Of a stretch of 64,000 bases of DNA, positions 27,001 to 36,181 are shown one piece after another; position 1 is the first letter of the stretch; the number at the start of each line of letters is the position of its first letter. Below the pieces are notes generated by a model. The model had not been told where the DNA came from. It saw only the letters and a program-made list of their open reading frames with translations, and did no database searches. Position numbers and translations under genes: made by a program. This DNA comes from a virus (lineage: Duplodnaviria; Caudoviricetes), in IMG/VR virus record IMGVR_UViG_3300030376_006394, positions 21,212 to 85,211 of that record; one strand, given 5' to 3'.

Positions 27001-27213
27001 TTCAACACTATTATCTGTAAAAGTACCTTGAAAATATCCACCTTGAATATACGTTCCAAGAGCTAAATTTAGTCCTGAAGCTAACTTTAAACTATTATTT
27101 ATAGTTTTTAAATTTCCATCACCTTTCCATAGGTATGTCGAAAAAACATCGTCAACGTAGGTCTTCGTAGCAACTGCACCTTGCCCAAGAAATAATTGCT
27201 GAATGGGTGACAT
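24100..27213 (-). CDS. Tail fibre/adhesin with DUF1566-like and LamG-like modules
   Basis: MSPIQQLFLG start; WYLPAKDEL...WSSTE...VRAIRR (DUF1566/Lcl-like); SLTFDGSYD...FTFEGW...WTHYAISR...ISNVRIVKG (LamG); repeated FDVVTYxG / WWVYH units. Confidence 0.85.
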   Translation of the reverse strand: MSPIQQLFLGQGAVATKTYVDDVFSTYLWKGDGNLKTINNSLKLASGLNLALGTYIQGGYFQGTFTDNSVEYALIVAPIGAGNNNGTMVSYGSSSTSAGATSTTNGPANTATLAAASGSWPAADWAYALSLNGYSDWYLPAKDELTLLQQNQGTLPSGQAWLQNWDTWSSTEINSTYAWMIHMSNGAWSNTDNKTKTRHVRAIRRVTVASLSSYSVTGEGGLVWIKQRNSSNEHVLFDTARGATKALVSSSNASETTISDGLTSFLPYGFQIDDNARTGASTDTYSSWTFRKAPGFFDVVTYDGDSGAPNWGTSDIAHNLKCLPGLIILKKTNGTGGWWVYHRDLPATTNAAWSKVLRLDSSGAEQTAYNLGTASYHTATTFRVGNDNSSNNTGDSYVAYLFAGGKSDAATARSLTFDGSYDSLQLASSNDFNFGTGDFTFEGWLKPNNNTNYQVFLNWGSDNPNIGISNDSNSYIYYNSTVNTKIAGIAAVGQWTHYAISRSSGTTRLFLNGELKNSFSDSHNYGAQAMSIGAYINGNNSWNGSISNVRIVKGTAVYTSSFRPPTEPLTNITNTKLLCCNNSSTTGSTVTPGTITAENNVTASTDSPFDDPAGFAFGELGSESVVKCGSYVGTGQSTSGTGTAGPNINLGWEPQWILVKCATDVEHWELYDSMRGIVTGGSEPCLEPNLSNAESQNDRFSLTPTGFQIETGSGSVNGNGKTYVYFAIRRPDPLVQKPQLATDVFAMDNALDVAGLQFTSNFPVDFALARRPASVEDWFASGRLIDKTYLRPSNTSASAASSLFNYDSNVGYASTAWGSDYQSWMWKRSAGFDLVTYAGGQNIYNSSLGASDISHSLGKVPEMLWVKRRNSSENWVVYHKGFNGGTNPENYRMFLNSTGTATTFFGWAQTAFTSTHFTVADGAWVNGSGSDYVAFLFASTDVSKVGSYTGNGSTGQTITLGFQPRFVIIRKYNDAAHWLVLDTTRGWGSGDDKYLLLNSSGAQGDYEVGAPTSNGFTLVGDNDYNNSSGAYIYYAHA

Positions 27214-27253
27214 AATTAATAACCTCCGTGCGTTCTAGTTAGTAGGTACATTT

Positions 27254-28690
27254 TTAACTCAATGGTGAACCTGAGATATAACACTGTGAACTAGATGTGA
27301 AAAGAATGGTTGCCATTCCTCTTGTGCCTAATATCCTTGTCGCATCCGTGCCATCCTGTGTCCAATACATATCATTGATAGCTTTCACAATTGATATATC
27401 TCCACCTGTATTGTTCACGATTGTCACGGCCTCACCAGCAACGAAAGTACTGTTCTGCACTGTGACATTTCCAGAAGCAAGTATATGTTTCCCAGCGTCA
27501 GCAGCGACAAGAGTATAAGCAGAACCTTGTGTATTTTGAATTATCTTTCTTACATCGCCTTTGCTGTCTGATACCGTTCCACTTTGTGTAATTCGTGCTA
27601 ATTCATTTGAACCATTGTCAAAAATAATATCGCCATTTACAGGCATTAAGATATTGTTGGTTCCGTTGTGATAAAGCTTAAAATCTTCTCCAGTTCCTAG
27701 TCGTATCTGCTTACTATCCTCTAATCGTAAATTGTCATCTAACCTTAATCCATCAGAAGATGTGTATGCTCTTCTGTTGCCGTCATAATAGAGTTCTGTG
27801 GCTCCATTAGGTTTAGCTACAAAATTATATTCACTTGGTAGTGCCGATATACAAACCCATTTTTGTCCGTTACTTGAACCTCTTATGTGAAGGTTTCCTG
27901 TATTTTCTAAAATATACGAATCGTTCCCATCATGGTAGATCTGGAGATCATTACTATCACCTGCTTGGATTTTACCGTTATCCTTTACGTTTATTTCATC
28001 AGAAGCCCATATTTTTTGCCAACGTCTATTACTTAAACCTAGTTGAATAGCATCGTCACTTATTGGATAAGGCGCACCGCTAAATGTAGCATTTCCTGTT
28101 ACATGAACTCCAAGGCTTGATGTCTCAAACTTCTTACTGTCGTCGTAATAGAGATCTACTGATCCATTAGGTTTAGCAATAATACTGTGTTCACCTGACT
28201 TAGCTTGGATATACATCCAACTACTACCATCTCCTCTGAGATAGGTATTTCCAGTGCTATTCGTTAAGTATGAATGAGAGCCATCATGGTAGATCTGAAG
28301 GTCTAATCCAGTTCCTAGAAATAACCTCTTATCATCTCCTAAATGAACATGCTCACTAGATGTCCACGCATCAGTACTGTTTACCCAATTAAACGTTTTT
28401 GTAGTAGAGCCGAGCAAGCTCCAGCCTCCACCGTCGGCAGTAGTGTCTGAGGGACTTGCTACTTTTCCTATCTCTATATTTTTGTCTTCTACCTGAAGTA
28501 TTGTCGTATTAATCGTAGTTGTCGTCCCATTAACTTGGAGATCCCCACTTAGCGTGAGATTGACTCCTGTTACTGTTCCTGTAAAAGCTGGACTAGCTTT
28601 ACTTACTAAATCACTGAGAACAACTGTTATCTCATTATTCGAGTTATCCTCATATATAAGGTCTTGTACTTTTAAATCACCAAATGCCAT
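27254..28690 (-). CDS. Tail fibre protein
   Basis: DLQIYHDG and GSVDLYYD repeats of cyanophage fibres. Confidence 0.85.
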   Translation of the reverse strand: MAFGDLKVQDLIYEDNSNNEITVVLSDLVSKASPAFTGTVTGVNLTLSGDLQVNGTTTTINTTILQVEDKNIEIGKVASPSDTTADGGGWSLLGSTTKTFNWVNSTDAWTSSEHVHLGDDKRLFLGTGLDLQIYHDGSHSYLTNSTGNTYLRGDGSSWMYIQAKSGEHSIIAKPNGSVDLYYDDSKKFETSSLGVHVTGNATFSGAPYPISDDAIQLGLSNRRWQKIWASDEINVKDNGKIQAGDSNDLQIYHDGNDSYILENTGNLHIRGSSNGQKWVCISALPSEYNFVAKPNGATELYYDGNRRAYTSSDGLRLDDNLRLEDSKQIRLGTGEDFKLYHNGTNNILMPVNGDIIFDNGSNELARITQSGTVSDSKGDVRKIIQNTQGSAYTLVAADAGKHILASGNVTVQNSTFVAGEAVTIVNNTGGDISIVKAINDMYWTQDGTDATRILGTRGMATILFTSSSQCYISGSPLS

Positions 28691-28766
28691 GAAGAGATCT
28701 CTTCTTTTCCCAATACATGTATTTTAATAGAAGTGAAAACCCAATAATCTCAGTACTCTTTGAACC

Positions 28767-30761
28767 TTAAGCGTATTTCAGCCCGTACCAAGTAACTCTA
28801 CCTTCTGTAAAGTTATTACCTGCGTGTTCAAAAATCTTTGCGCCTACTATATATTCATCTTCTGTTGCACTTTGATCATGCAGACAGCTATCATGAACCG
28901 AAAGTGTACCAGTTCTTAATACAGCAGTAGCCCCTTTTTTCAGATCTTTAGCCATTGCTGCAATATCAAATGTTATTTCCCCATTCCAGTAAACACTACC
29001 ACCTCCATTACGAAAACGCCAAGCATTAGAATCATTATTTCCACTGCTTTCATTGGCTGAATCGAATTGCCTCCATCTAGCTGCATATTTGTATTCACTC
29101 TGAGTATTCAGCGTTCCATTGCTTCCATATGAGGAATTGAAATACCATTGCATAGACAAATCTGAATTACTAGCATTACCTACACCATTAAGGACACATT
29201 TCACTTGTGTATATGTACTTGGCCATCCTGTGTTTATTGAATTGTTTCCGTTATTTGATGCGAAATCAGTAGTACCTAAGATTTCCCAAGTACCACCACC
29301 AATAGCAGAGCCGTTAACAGTTAAAGCACCAGTAACGTTGACACCACCAGAGGTAGTTTCTAACTTCTTACTGTTGTCGTAATAAAGTTCTACGGCTCCG
29401 TCTTTATAAAACCGACCCATTTTGCCATTAGAAACTGAGCCATCAGATATTAATGAAATAGAAGGTCCATTTGTATCGAGCCATAATGTTCCAGTACCTA
29501 CATCACGAACATACGAATTACTGCCATCATGGTAGAGCTGGAGATCTTCACCAGCACCAATCCTTATTTTTTTATTATCAGCAGTTAAATTAACATTACC
29601 ATCTGTATAGATATTTCCAGTTACTGTTACACCAGCAGCACCTGTCTCAAACTTCTTACTATTGTCGTAATAGAGTTCTACGGCTCCGTTTCCAGTAGCT
29701 TTTAGATTACTTTCCCACGCACCAGAAGCATAATTTTGAATATAGAAAACACTTCCATCCACAACCAGTTTATATTTGTCAGCATTATCATCACCTTCGT
29801 CTGAAAAAAGTTGTAGTTCTGCATTTCCACCTTCTGGTCCTATGACTGATACTCCATTACCTGTTGTCTCAAAAGTTTTGACGCCGTCGTAATAGAGATC
29901 TACTGAACCTCCACCTGTCATTAATGCAGTAGTGTTAGTTGTTCCACTATTTGCTACTGAGAAATAATGAACGCCTACGTCAGCAGGATTATCACAGTGA
30001 AAACGTAAACGTCCACTTGTGTCATGTCGAATATATGCGTAATCATTACCACTCACATCACCATTAGAGTCACCATCTAAATAGATAGCTGCACCACTAG
30101 CATCAGTGGAACCAATTCGTAGTTGTACGTTTCCTGATCCTATTGTTTTTATTCCACTTGAGATTGTCTCAAACTTCTTACTATTGTCGTAATAGAGTTC
30201 TACGGCTCCGTTTCCAATACAATTAATTGCTGCTTCTCCGTTCTGAACTTGAATATTAATATCATCTTGTGCTCTGATATTTATATCATCTGCATTTGAT
30301 CCAGTATTCTGAATGTAGAAATCACCTTGACTATTAAGAATATTTGAATCCGTTCCATTATGGTAGATCTGGAGATCTGATCCAGTTCCAACCAAGAACT
30401 TTTTATTATCTCCTAAATGAATATGCTCGCTAGAAGTCCAAGCATCAGTTGCGTTTACCCAGTTAAATGTCTTGTCGCTTGCGCCTTTTAAAGTTATACC
30501 CCCATTATTTGCTGTCGTGTCACTAGGCGTTGTCACCTTACCCAGAGTTATATTATGATCCTCGACATCAAGCGTCTGCGTATTGATCGTAGTTGTCGTA
30601 CCGTTTACTTGGAGATCCCCACTAAGAGTGAGATTTACTCCAGTGGCAGTTCCTGTCCAGTTAGGACTGCTACCTGTTAATAATGTACTCAGGACTACTG
30701 TATTATCCCCAGAGCCTGTATTCCATATTAAATTTCTTACCTTTAAATCACCGTATGCCAT
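28767..30761 (-). CDS. Tail fibre protein
   Basis: N-terminus paralogous to 27254-28690; several GAVELYYDNSKKFET repeats. Confidence 0.85.
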   Translation of the reverse strand: MAYGDLKVRNLIWNTGSGDNTVVLSTLLTGSSPNWTGTATGVNLTLSGDLQVNGTTTTINTQTLDVEDHNITLGKVTTPSDTTANNGGITLKGASDKTFNWVNATDAWTSSEHIHLGDNKKFLVGTGSDLQIYHNGTDSNILNSQGDFYIQNTGSNADDINIRAQDDINIQVQNGEAAINCIGNGAVELYYDNSKKFETISSGIKTIGSGNVQLRIGSTDASGAAIYLDGDSNGDVSGNDYAYIRHDTSGRLRFHCDNPADVGVHYFSVANSGTTNTTALMTGGGSVDLYYDGVKTFETTGNGVSVIGPEGGNAELQLFSDEGDDNADKYKLVVDGSVFYIQNYASGAWESNLKATGNGAVELYYDNSKKFETGAAGVTVTGNIYTDGNVNLTADNKKIRIGAGEDLQLYHDGSNSYVRDVGTGTLWLDTNGPSISLISDGSVSNGKMGRFYKDGAVELYYDNSKKLETTSGGVNVTGALTVNGSAIGGGTWEILGTTDFASNNGNNSINTGWPSTYTQVKCVLNGVGNASNSDLSMQWYFNSSYGSNGTLNTQSEYKYAARWRQFDSANESSGNNDSNAWRFRNGGGSVYWNGEITFDIAAMAKDLKKGATAVLRTGTLSVHDSCLHDQSATEDEYIVGAKIFEHAGNNFTEGRVTWYGLKYA

Positions 30762-30821
30762 GGATAGGTTTCTTCTATTGCCCTATCAGTAGTTTAATTG
30801 AACTGGAAAACGTTATGTCTA

Positions 30822-30992
30822 CTACTCAACTACTTCAGGAGTTGTTGCATCGTTCAATGCGTTGATTTCCTCTTGAGCAATAGCTGTTTTTAAATCGTCA
30901 ACTGCTTTGTTAGCTGCTTGGAATTTAACACCTGCGTCGTTCTGATTTTTTACTGCTTCTATAAGTTTGCGAACAAGTTCCTGATCTGCCAT
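30822..30992 (-). CDS. Small coiled-coil protein, 56 aa, possible fibre chaperone (not in ORF track)
   Basis: MADQELVRKLIEAVKNQNDAGVKFQAANKAVDDLKTAIAQEEINALNDATTPEVVE*. Confidence 0.65.
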   Translation of the reverse strand: MADQELVRKLIEAVKNQNDAGVKFQAANKAVDDLKTAIAQEEINALNDATTPEVVE

Positions 30993-31046
30993 GTTGTGTT
31001 TGTATTGTATTTAAATTATAGGTATTTTATCGTTGTACCAGGGGTT

Positions 31047-31358
31047 TTAACTCCAAGGTTTTCCAGTACCTGTCGTTGGTGTTTTTTGTACATTAACACC
31101 ATTTTCTACTTCTTGCTCTATAGCTGCTACAGCACCTGCGTTATCGGCATTAAGCTTATCCTTCGTCCAAGTTAATACCTGTGATTCTGTTAGGTCTGCA
31201 TAAGGGACCAGTGTGTCAGGTTTAGGAAGTTCTACCTCTCCCGTGGCCCTAAATGTAATATCGCCATCAACACCATTTACTCTGTAGATAACTTTATAAA
31301 CATAGTTATCAGCAAGTTCTCTTTCTAAAGTGTTGACTTGCCAAGTTTTAGTCGCCAT
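31047..31358 (-). CDS. Tail-fibre-associated protein
   Basis: TWQVNTLER...VIYRV...VPYADLTESQVLTW...TGTGKPW. Confidence 0.7.
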   Translation of the reverse strand: MATKTWQVNTLERELADNYVYKVIYRVNGVDGDITFRATGEVELPKPDTLVPYADLTESQVLTWTKDKLNADNAGAVAAIEQEVENGVNVQKTPTTGTGKPWS

Positions 31359-31380
31359 TAATCTCTAATCTTTTATTTTA

Positions 31381-31830
31381 TTATAAAGGCTTTACAGGCC
31401 AGGTCATTCCGTCAGCCTCCCAAGGAAATCCACTTTGAGTAGGCAAGTCTCTTAGAGCTTGTCTGTACGTTTTCCATTCAGCTTTTTTAGCATCATCTAA
31501 GTCTGAAGAATTGACTGTCCATTCGTATTTACTCAACAAAGCATCTCTTTTACCTCTTACTTCTGCACTTTCAAATGGAGTCAATTCTGCTTTCTTTTCG
31601 TCAGCAGTTAAAAATGGACTCCAATAATTAGGATTCTTTTTTAAAAGCTCAGTCATCGTAGTTTCTACGTCTTCTTTAGAAGTAAATTCAATACGAGTTT
31701 CAGGATTGTAATTTAATAATTCACATTCCCATTTTTTACTAGCAGAATCGGTAACTGTCCATGTAGACGTAAAATCATCTGCAACTGTGGCAGTTAATGT
31801 AGCGTTTTCTAGTTCAGTTTTATCAATCAT
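31381..31830 (-). CDS. Phage tail assembly chaperone
   Basis: VRGKRDALL...W...WKTYRQALRDLPTQSGFP...WPVKP. Confidence 0.85.
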   Translation of the reverse strand: MIDKTELENATLTATVADDFTSTWTVTDSASKKWECELLNYNPETRIEFTSKEDVETTMTELLKKNPNYWSPFLTADEKKAELTPFESAEVRGKRDALLSKYEWTVNSSDLDDAKKAEWKTYRQALRDLPTQSGFPWEADGMTWPVKPL

Positions 31831-32192
31831 TTGTCATACTCCACTAAATGAATAATAGTATCTCCAGATTGGACACCCTTAATAACATCTCCTTCATTTA
31901 AAACCCATTCTTGTTTCATGTCACCTCGATAACTTTGGCTTGATGAATCGATGTTTTGAAATCTGGTCATAAGCACATCATTTATCTTAAATGGATAGTT
32001 CTCGCTGGTATGCATAATCATGCCTTTTGCATATTTATTAGCAGGCACTGTATAAAGAGTTCCACTACTCCCTGCTTTGTATTGAAATGAGCCAGTCGGC
32101 TTTTCGTAATTAGGAGTAGCTGCCGCAGAGCTGCCACTACTACTACCGCTACTACTGCTGCTAGATGCACCTGATGTACTTTGTAATGCCAT
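31827..32192 (-). CDS. Virion structural protein (putative)
   Basis: Ser-rich N-terminus, LYTVPANKYAK beta domain. Confidence 0.6.
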   Translation of the reverse strand: MALQSTSGASSSSSSGSSSGSSAAATPNYEKPTGSFQYKAGSSGTLYTVPANKYAKGMIMHTSENYPFKINDVLMTRFQNIDSSSQSYRGDMKQEWVLNEGDVIKGVQSGDTIIHLVEYDK

Positions 32193-32195
32193 AGT

Positions 32196-33701
32196 TTAGG
32201 TTGTCAAAATACCTGTAGTACGAACGTCTACAGTTCCAAATGCAGAATTTGCATCTGCATCTACTGTAACTGCTCGATATATACCTGACTGTCCATTGCC
32301 TTCTGACCAGTCACCAGCTAATGGAGTAAAAAACAACGATAAATTATCAACATTATCAAAATCATACCTAGCTCCATAGGTACCGGAAGGTCTGTCAGCC
32401 GTAGCACCATACTTGTCTCCCATGAGAAAAGCGTATCTCGGACATTCTGGACTATTTAAAGCAAACCCTGCTTGACCATGAATTCTTTCTCCGTCACCAC
32501 CTAAGTTATATGACCAAGTTCTTTGAGCATCAGCCCCTTTGTCGACTATCGCAGCATCATCTGCTCTGTAGACATAAGTTTGTGTGTAGTTCTGTCCTGC
32601 ATCTAAGAAATTAGTTGTTATATTCTGGCCTATTTTACAAATAGACATTGTATTGCCATTATTGCTGTAAGAACTAGACTTCAAAGCTCCAATATATGCC
32701 CAATGATCACCATTGGAATCTCTAACTATTCCACATGTTCTCCTGACAACACTTGCACTATACGAACCAGCTAAATCACTGTGACTAGCATCATATATTT
32801 TTCTTGATTTACCAGTTGTCAATTCAACTATTCTTGCTCTTATGTTGTTACCGCTTCCACCTTGACAATAAATTAAAGCATAAGGAACTCCAGTACTAGG
32901 ATCTTTGTAAAAATAACCAGAACCAGCGTAAGTAGAAAAGTTTAAACTTTGTGAGCCAGTTGTTTGACCATCAGGCCTAAGAGTTATGTTTGTTGAATTG
33001 GTATTACTTATATCGTTTGTTGCGTCGAATCTTTTGATATTGCTACTACTTTCAAACGCATAGATATATTGACTTCCGTCGTAAAACATTAAATAACAAG
33101 GATTCAGCATAGATGTTGCGTCACCGTTGGCATTAGTTCTGTATAGACGATTTCTAGAACCATATCCGTTATCTCCTCCTCTTCTCCACCATTCTTGTTT
33201 CGCTCCGCCAACTTCAAAATACCGATAATGGCTTACGTTGTACATCCAAGTTCCATTTCTTACACTTTGAGTTGTAGAAGCACCACTTTCCCAAGCTCCA
33301 TCATTTGCTCCATCGCCGTATGACTCAAAAGGGGTTGTTCCTATTTTGTATCGAATTGTCGTATCTCTTTGAATTGTGTTACCTGAATATCCAACCCCCC
33401 ATCCAATCATTTCAAAGTGAGTAAATAATGGTTTGACTTCAGTATGTAAAACTAACGAACTACTGGCTTTAAGTAATTCTGTTCCTGACAAAACATCTTT
33501 TGTTGCACTTGTACTTGCAACTTCCATCCCTGTAGTGCTACCTATTTTAAATTTCATTGCTCTTCCTTTTGTATTTTTAATCGCAATATCCCTTACGACT
33601 GCTTGCTGACTCCCTGTAGTAGCCGCTAATGAAATACCCGCTTTTAATTCAGTATAGGTTTTACCTGCGTGACTACTAAATTCTGTGATCGTATCAGCCA
33701 T
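32196..33701 (-). CDS. Tail/receptor-binding protein (putative)
   Basis: Gly/Ser/Tyr-rich beta protein inside the fibre cluster. Confidence 0.6.
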   Translation of the reverse strand: MADTITEFSSHAGKTYTELKAGISLAATTGSQQAVVRDIAIKNTKGRAMKFKIGSTTGMEVASTSATKDVLSGTELLKASSSLVLHTEVKPLFTHFEMIGWGVGYSGNTIQRDTTIRYKIGTTPFESYGDGANDGAWESGASTTQSVRNGTWMYNVSHYRYFEVGGAKQEWWRRGGDNGYGSRNRLYRTNANGDATSMLNPCYLMFYDGSQYIYAFESSSNIKRFDATNDISNTNSTNITLRPDGQTTGSQSLNFSTYAGSGYFYKDPSTGVPYALIYCQGGSGNNIRARIVELTTGKSRKIYDASHSDLAGSYSASVVRRTCGIVRDSNGDHWAYIGALKSSSYSNNGNTMSICKIGQNITTNFLDAGQNYTQTYVYRADDAAIVDKGADAQRTWSYNLGGDGERIHGQAGFALNSPECPRYAFLMGDKYGATADRPSGTYGARYDFDNVDNLSLFFTPLAGDWSEGNGQSGIYRAVTVDADANSAFGTVDVRTTGILTT

Positions 33702-33756
33702 ATTTTATTAGCTCTTTGTTTTAGTCGTTCTTATTCAATATTAGCGCAGCCGTTAT

Positions 33757-35121
33757 TCAGAAATACTTAAGCAAGCCTGCGTAGCTCGATCCTCCAGAAA
33801 GAGCTGAACCATTCACTGTGATAGCTCCAGTTATGTTGACTCCTGTACTCGTCGTCTCAAGCTTCTTATTGTTGTCGTGATAGAGTTCTACGGCTCCGTC
33901 ACCCCATGCTTTTATACTATAATCACTTGTTTGAGTTTGAATAAAAACATCATCAGCCGCTCGAATATAGATATCTTCTCCTGAATCTGCGGCATGTATT
34001 ATTAAAGAGCCAGTTCCATATTGTTTTATATACGAATTAGAACCATCATGATAAATACTAAGATCATCATGAGTTCCAAAAGTTAATTTATTAGAACCAC
34101 CAGCACCGCTTCCATCATTGAACTTCCATTGATATTGAAGCAGACCTCCAGTACTTGTCGTCTCAAGCTTCTTACTGCCGTCGTAATAGAGTTCTACGGC
34201 TCCGTTTGCAAATCCTCTTATTAGACTTTCATCATTAGCCTGATTATTAATCCTAAACGAATCGGTATTTATAAACAAAACACCTGTATTACTTTTTAGC
34301 CAACTGTTCGTTGCATCATGGTAGATTTGTAGATCATCGCTATTTCCATAAACAGCCTTAACACCGTCATTAAATCTTAGCTTGTCGTCATTTGTATTTT
34401 GTATCCAATTTAAATGATTAGTAGTACCTCTAAACTGTGCTCCAAAACTAGTCGTCTCAAACTTCTTACTGTTGTCGTAATAGAGTTCTACGGCTCCGTT
34501 AGCTACACTTTTAATTGAAAGCTCATTATTAGTTTTTATTTCTACATCTTGAGCATCTTGTGTCATTAACTGGAGTTTTCCAGACCCTGTATTTTTCAGA
34601 GTCAGCACACCAGTACTATTTAAAATACTAGAGTTGCCTCCAGCATGGTAGAGCTGGAGATCATTCGATGCACCAATTTTTAAGTAAGCATCTGAATTTA
34701 GTTCTAAATTTCCACCAACAAGAGCGGCACCATTTATAGTTACACCCGTTGAGGTAGTCTCAAACTTCTTACTGTTGTCGTAATAGAGTTCTACGGCTCC
34801 GTCATCTATGAATCTTGCAAACGTTTCATCTCCTGAATAACTCATTAAATGAATATCATCACTCCTTAGTTTTAAATCGTCAGAAGCTAAAATATGAAGA
34901 TCACCTGTTCCTGTATCCCATAGGTAGCTGTTGCTTCCATCGTGATATATCTTTAGATCATCACTAGAACCTAGTCGAATCTGATTGTTATCTCCAAGAC
35001 TCTGATTTCCTGTAAACGTATTAGCTCCCGTCGTAACAAGATCAACTAAATTCAGAGTGACATCCGTACCTGAATCGTTATACAGAAACTGATCAATTTT
35101 TAATTTTCCGTACTGTGGCAT
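33757..35121 (-). CDS. Tail fibre protein
   Basis: Four GAVELYY(D/H)xxKKxET repeats and DLxIYHDG repeats. Confidence 0.85.
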   Translation of the reverse strand: MPQYGKLKIDQFLYNDSGTDVTLNLVDLVTTGANTFTGNQSLGDNNQIRLGSSDDLKIYHDGSNSYLWDTGTGDLHILASDDLKLRSDDIHLMSYSGDETFARFIDDGAVELYYDNSKKFETTSTGVTINGAALVGGNLELNSDAYLKIGASNDLQLYHAGGNSSILNSTGVLTLKNTGSGKLQLMTQDAQDVEIKTNNELSIKSVANGAVELYYDNSKKFETTSFGAQFRGTTNHLNWIQNTNDDKLRFNDGVKAVYGNSDDLQIYHDATNSWLKSNTGVLFINTDSFRINNQANDESLIRGFANGAVELYYDGSKKLETTSTGGLLQYQWKFNDGSGAGGSNKLTFGTHDDLSIYHDGSNSYIKQYGTGSLIIHAADSGEDIYIRAADDVFIQTQTSDYSIKAWGDGAVELYHDNNKKLETTSTGVNITGAITVNGSALSGGSSYAGLLKYF

Positions 35122-35634
35122 TTAGAGAATCACCCAAACTCTGTTAACAGGAACCGTGACAGTCGCTCCATTTTGAATTGTCATTGGACCGACTGACACA
35201 GCGTTCTTATCAGTATCCCCATCACCAATCGTGTACGAAGTTGTGATTGTATATTGGTTCTCAAGGAACGATTCATCAGTTCCACCACCGGATGCAGCAC
35301 CGCCACCACCACCTACGGCAGTCCAAGCGTTGATTGACCCAGCTAGATATATTTTAGTGCTTGAGTCAGTTGTGTTATGCCACCAATCACCCTCATTCAT
35401 CCCAGAAGAAGGAGCTGATGTTTGAATATAAACCTTACTACCACCAACTGATTCCCAGGCACTGCCATTCCACATCTTGAGCAGGCTGTTGGTAGTGTCG
35501 TACCACATGTCTGCTGTCTGGGCAGTCGGTGCTGATCCAGATCTATAGATCCAAGGTGTATTTAAACGATCATTAGCTATATCCAACTCACTTGGATAGC
35601 CGTTGATATAGATTATCGGTTTACGTGTTGCCAT
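35122..35634 (-). CDS. Tail fibre proximal/adaptor protein
   Basis: SAPTAQTADMWYDT / SAPSSGMNEGDWWHNT repeats, then GGGTDESFLEN...SVGP. Confidence 0.75.
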   Translation of the reverse strand: MATRKPIIYINGYPSELDIANDRLNTPWIYRSGSAPTAQTADMWYDTTNSLLKMWNGSAWESVGGSKVYIQTSAPSSGMNEGDWWHNTTDSSTKIYLAGSINAWTAVGGGGGAASGGGTDESFLENQYTITTSYTIGDGDTDKNAVSVGPMTIQNGATVTVPVNRVWVIL

Positions 35635-36162
35635 TTATTTCAGTAGTACTGGGACATCAATGTTTAATGCAATTATGTTTGCATCTAATGCTTCTCCAAC
35701 GAGTACCACGTATTGATTGGCGCTCGATGGGGGAGTTGCTGATATTGTTCCTGTTCCATTTAAGAAATATCTTGCACCCGGAGTTAAGTTTCCTTGAGCC
35801 CAACCAGCGACATTAATCTTTCCTGAAAATATTAATTTTGCAGTGGTGTTTGCCGTTGCCGCTTCAAGAATTAAACCAGCTACTGTTGCTATATCTCTTG
35901 TTGAGTTATGTGCTGCTTTTGCAAGCTTTCCGTTGGCATCGATATAGACAGCATCACCAATAGCAAGATTAGTAGCTGCTGTTAGTTCCATTGTCAGAGA
36001 GGACTCATCCATGCCAGCAATTGCAGCTTGTAATGCAATTAAGGCTTGAATAATTCCACCTGTGTTATTGTTGTATGCCGTTGTCAATGTACCTCCTGCT
36101 GCAACAATGCAAGCTTGGATAGCGGAGATGATTCCACCAGTATTTTCAGGGTAAGCCGCCAT
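35635..36162 (-). CDS. Capsid cement/decoration-like protein (DUF2190-like C-terminal domain)
   Basis: AIGDAVYIDANGKLAKA...LTPGARYFL...VLVGEALD. Confidence 0.6.
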   Translation of the reverse strand: MAAYPENTGGIISAIQACIVAAGGTLTTAYNNNTGGIIQALIALQAAIAGMDESSLTMELTAATNLAIGDAVYIDANGKLAKAAHNSTRDIATVAGLILEAATANTTAKLIFSGKINVAGWAQGNLTPGARYFLNGTGTISATPPSSANQYVVLVGEALDANIIALNIDVPVLLK

Positions 36163-36181
36163 TTCTTTATTCTATTAAGTT

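Larger units (their letters stand above)
28122..34802. repeat. Nine copies of a 40-52 bp near-identical cassette encoding GAVELYYDNSKKFET
   Basis: Copies start near 28122, 29362, 29643, 29866, 30165, 33854, 34160, 34454 and 34757; 29643-29694 and 30165-30216 are identical over 52 bp. Confidence 0.85.

Noticed and set aside
24100-35121. Diversity-generating retroelement or invertase shufflon acting on the fibres
   Set aside because: No reverse transcriptase, template repeat, or inverted crossover sites with an adjacent invertase in the window; all fibre repeats are direct and in frame
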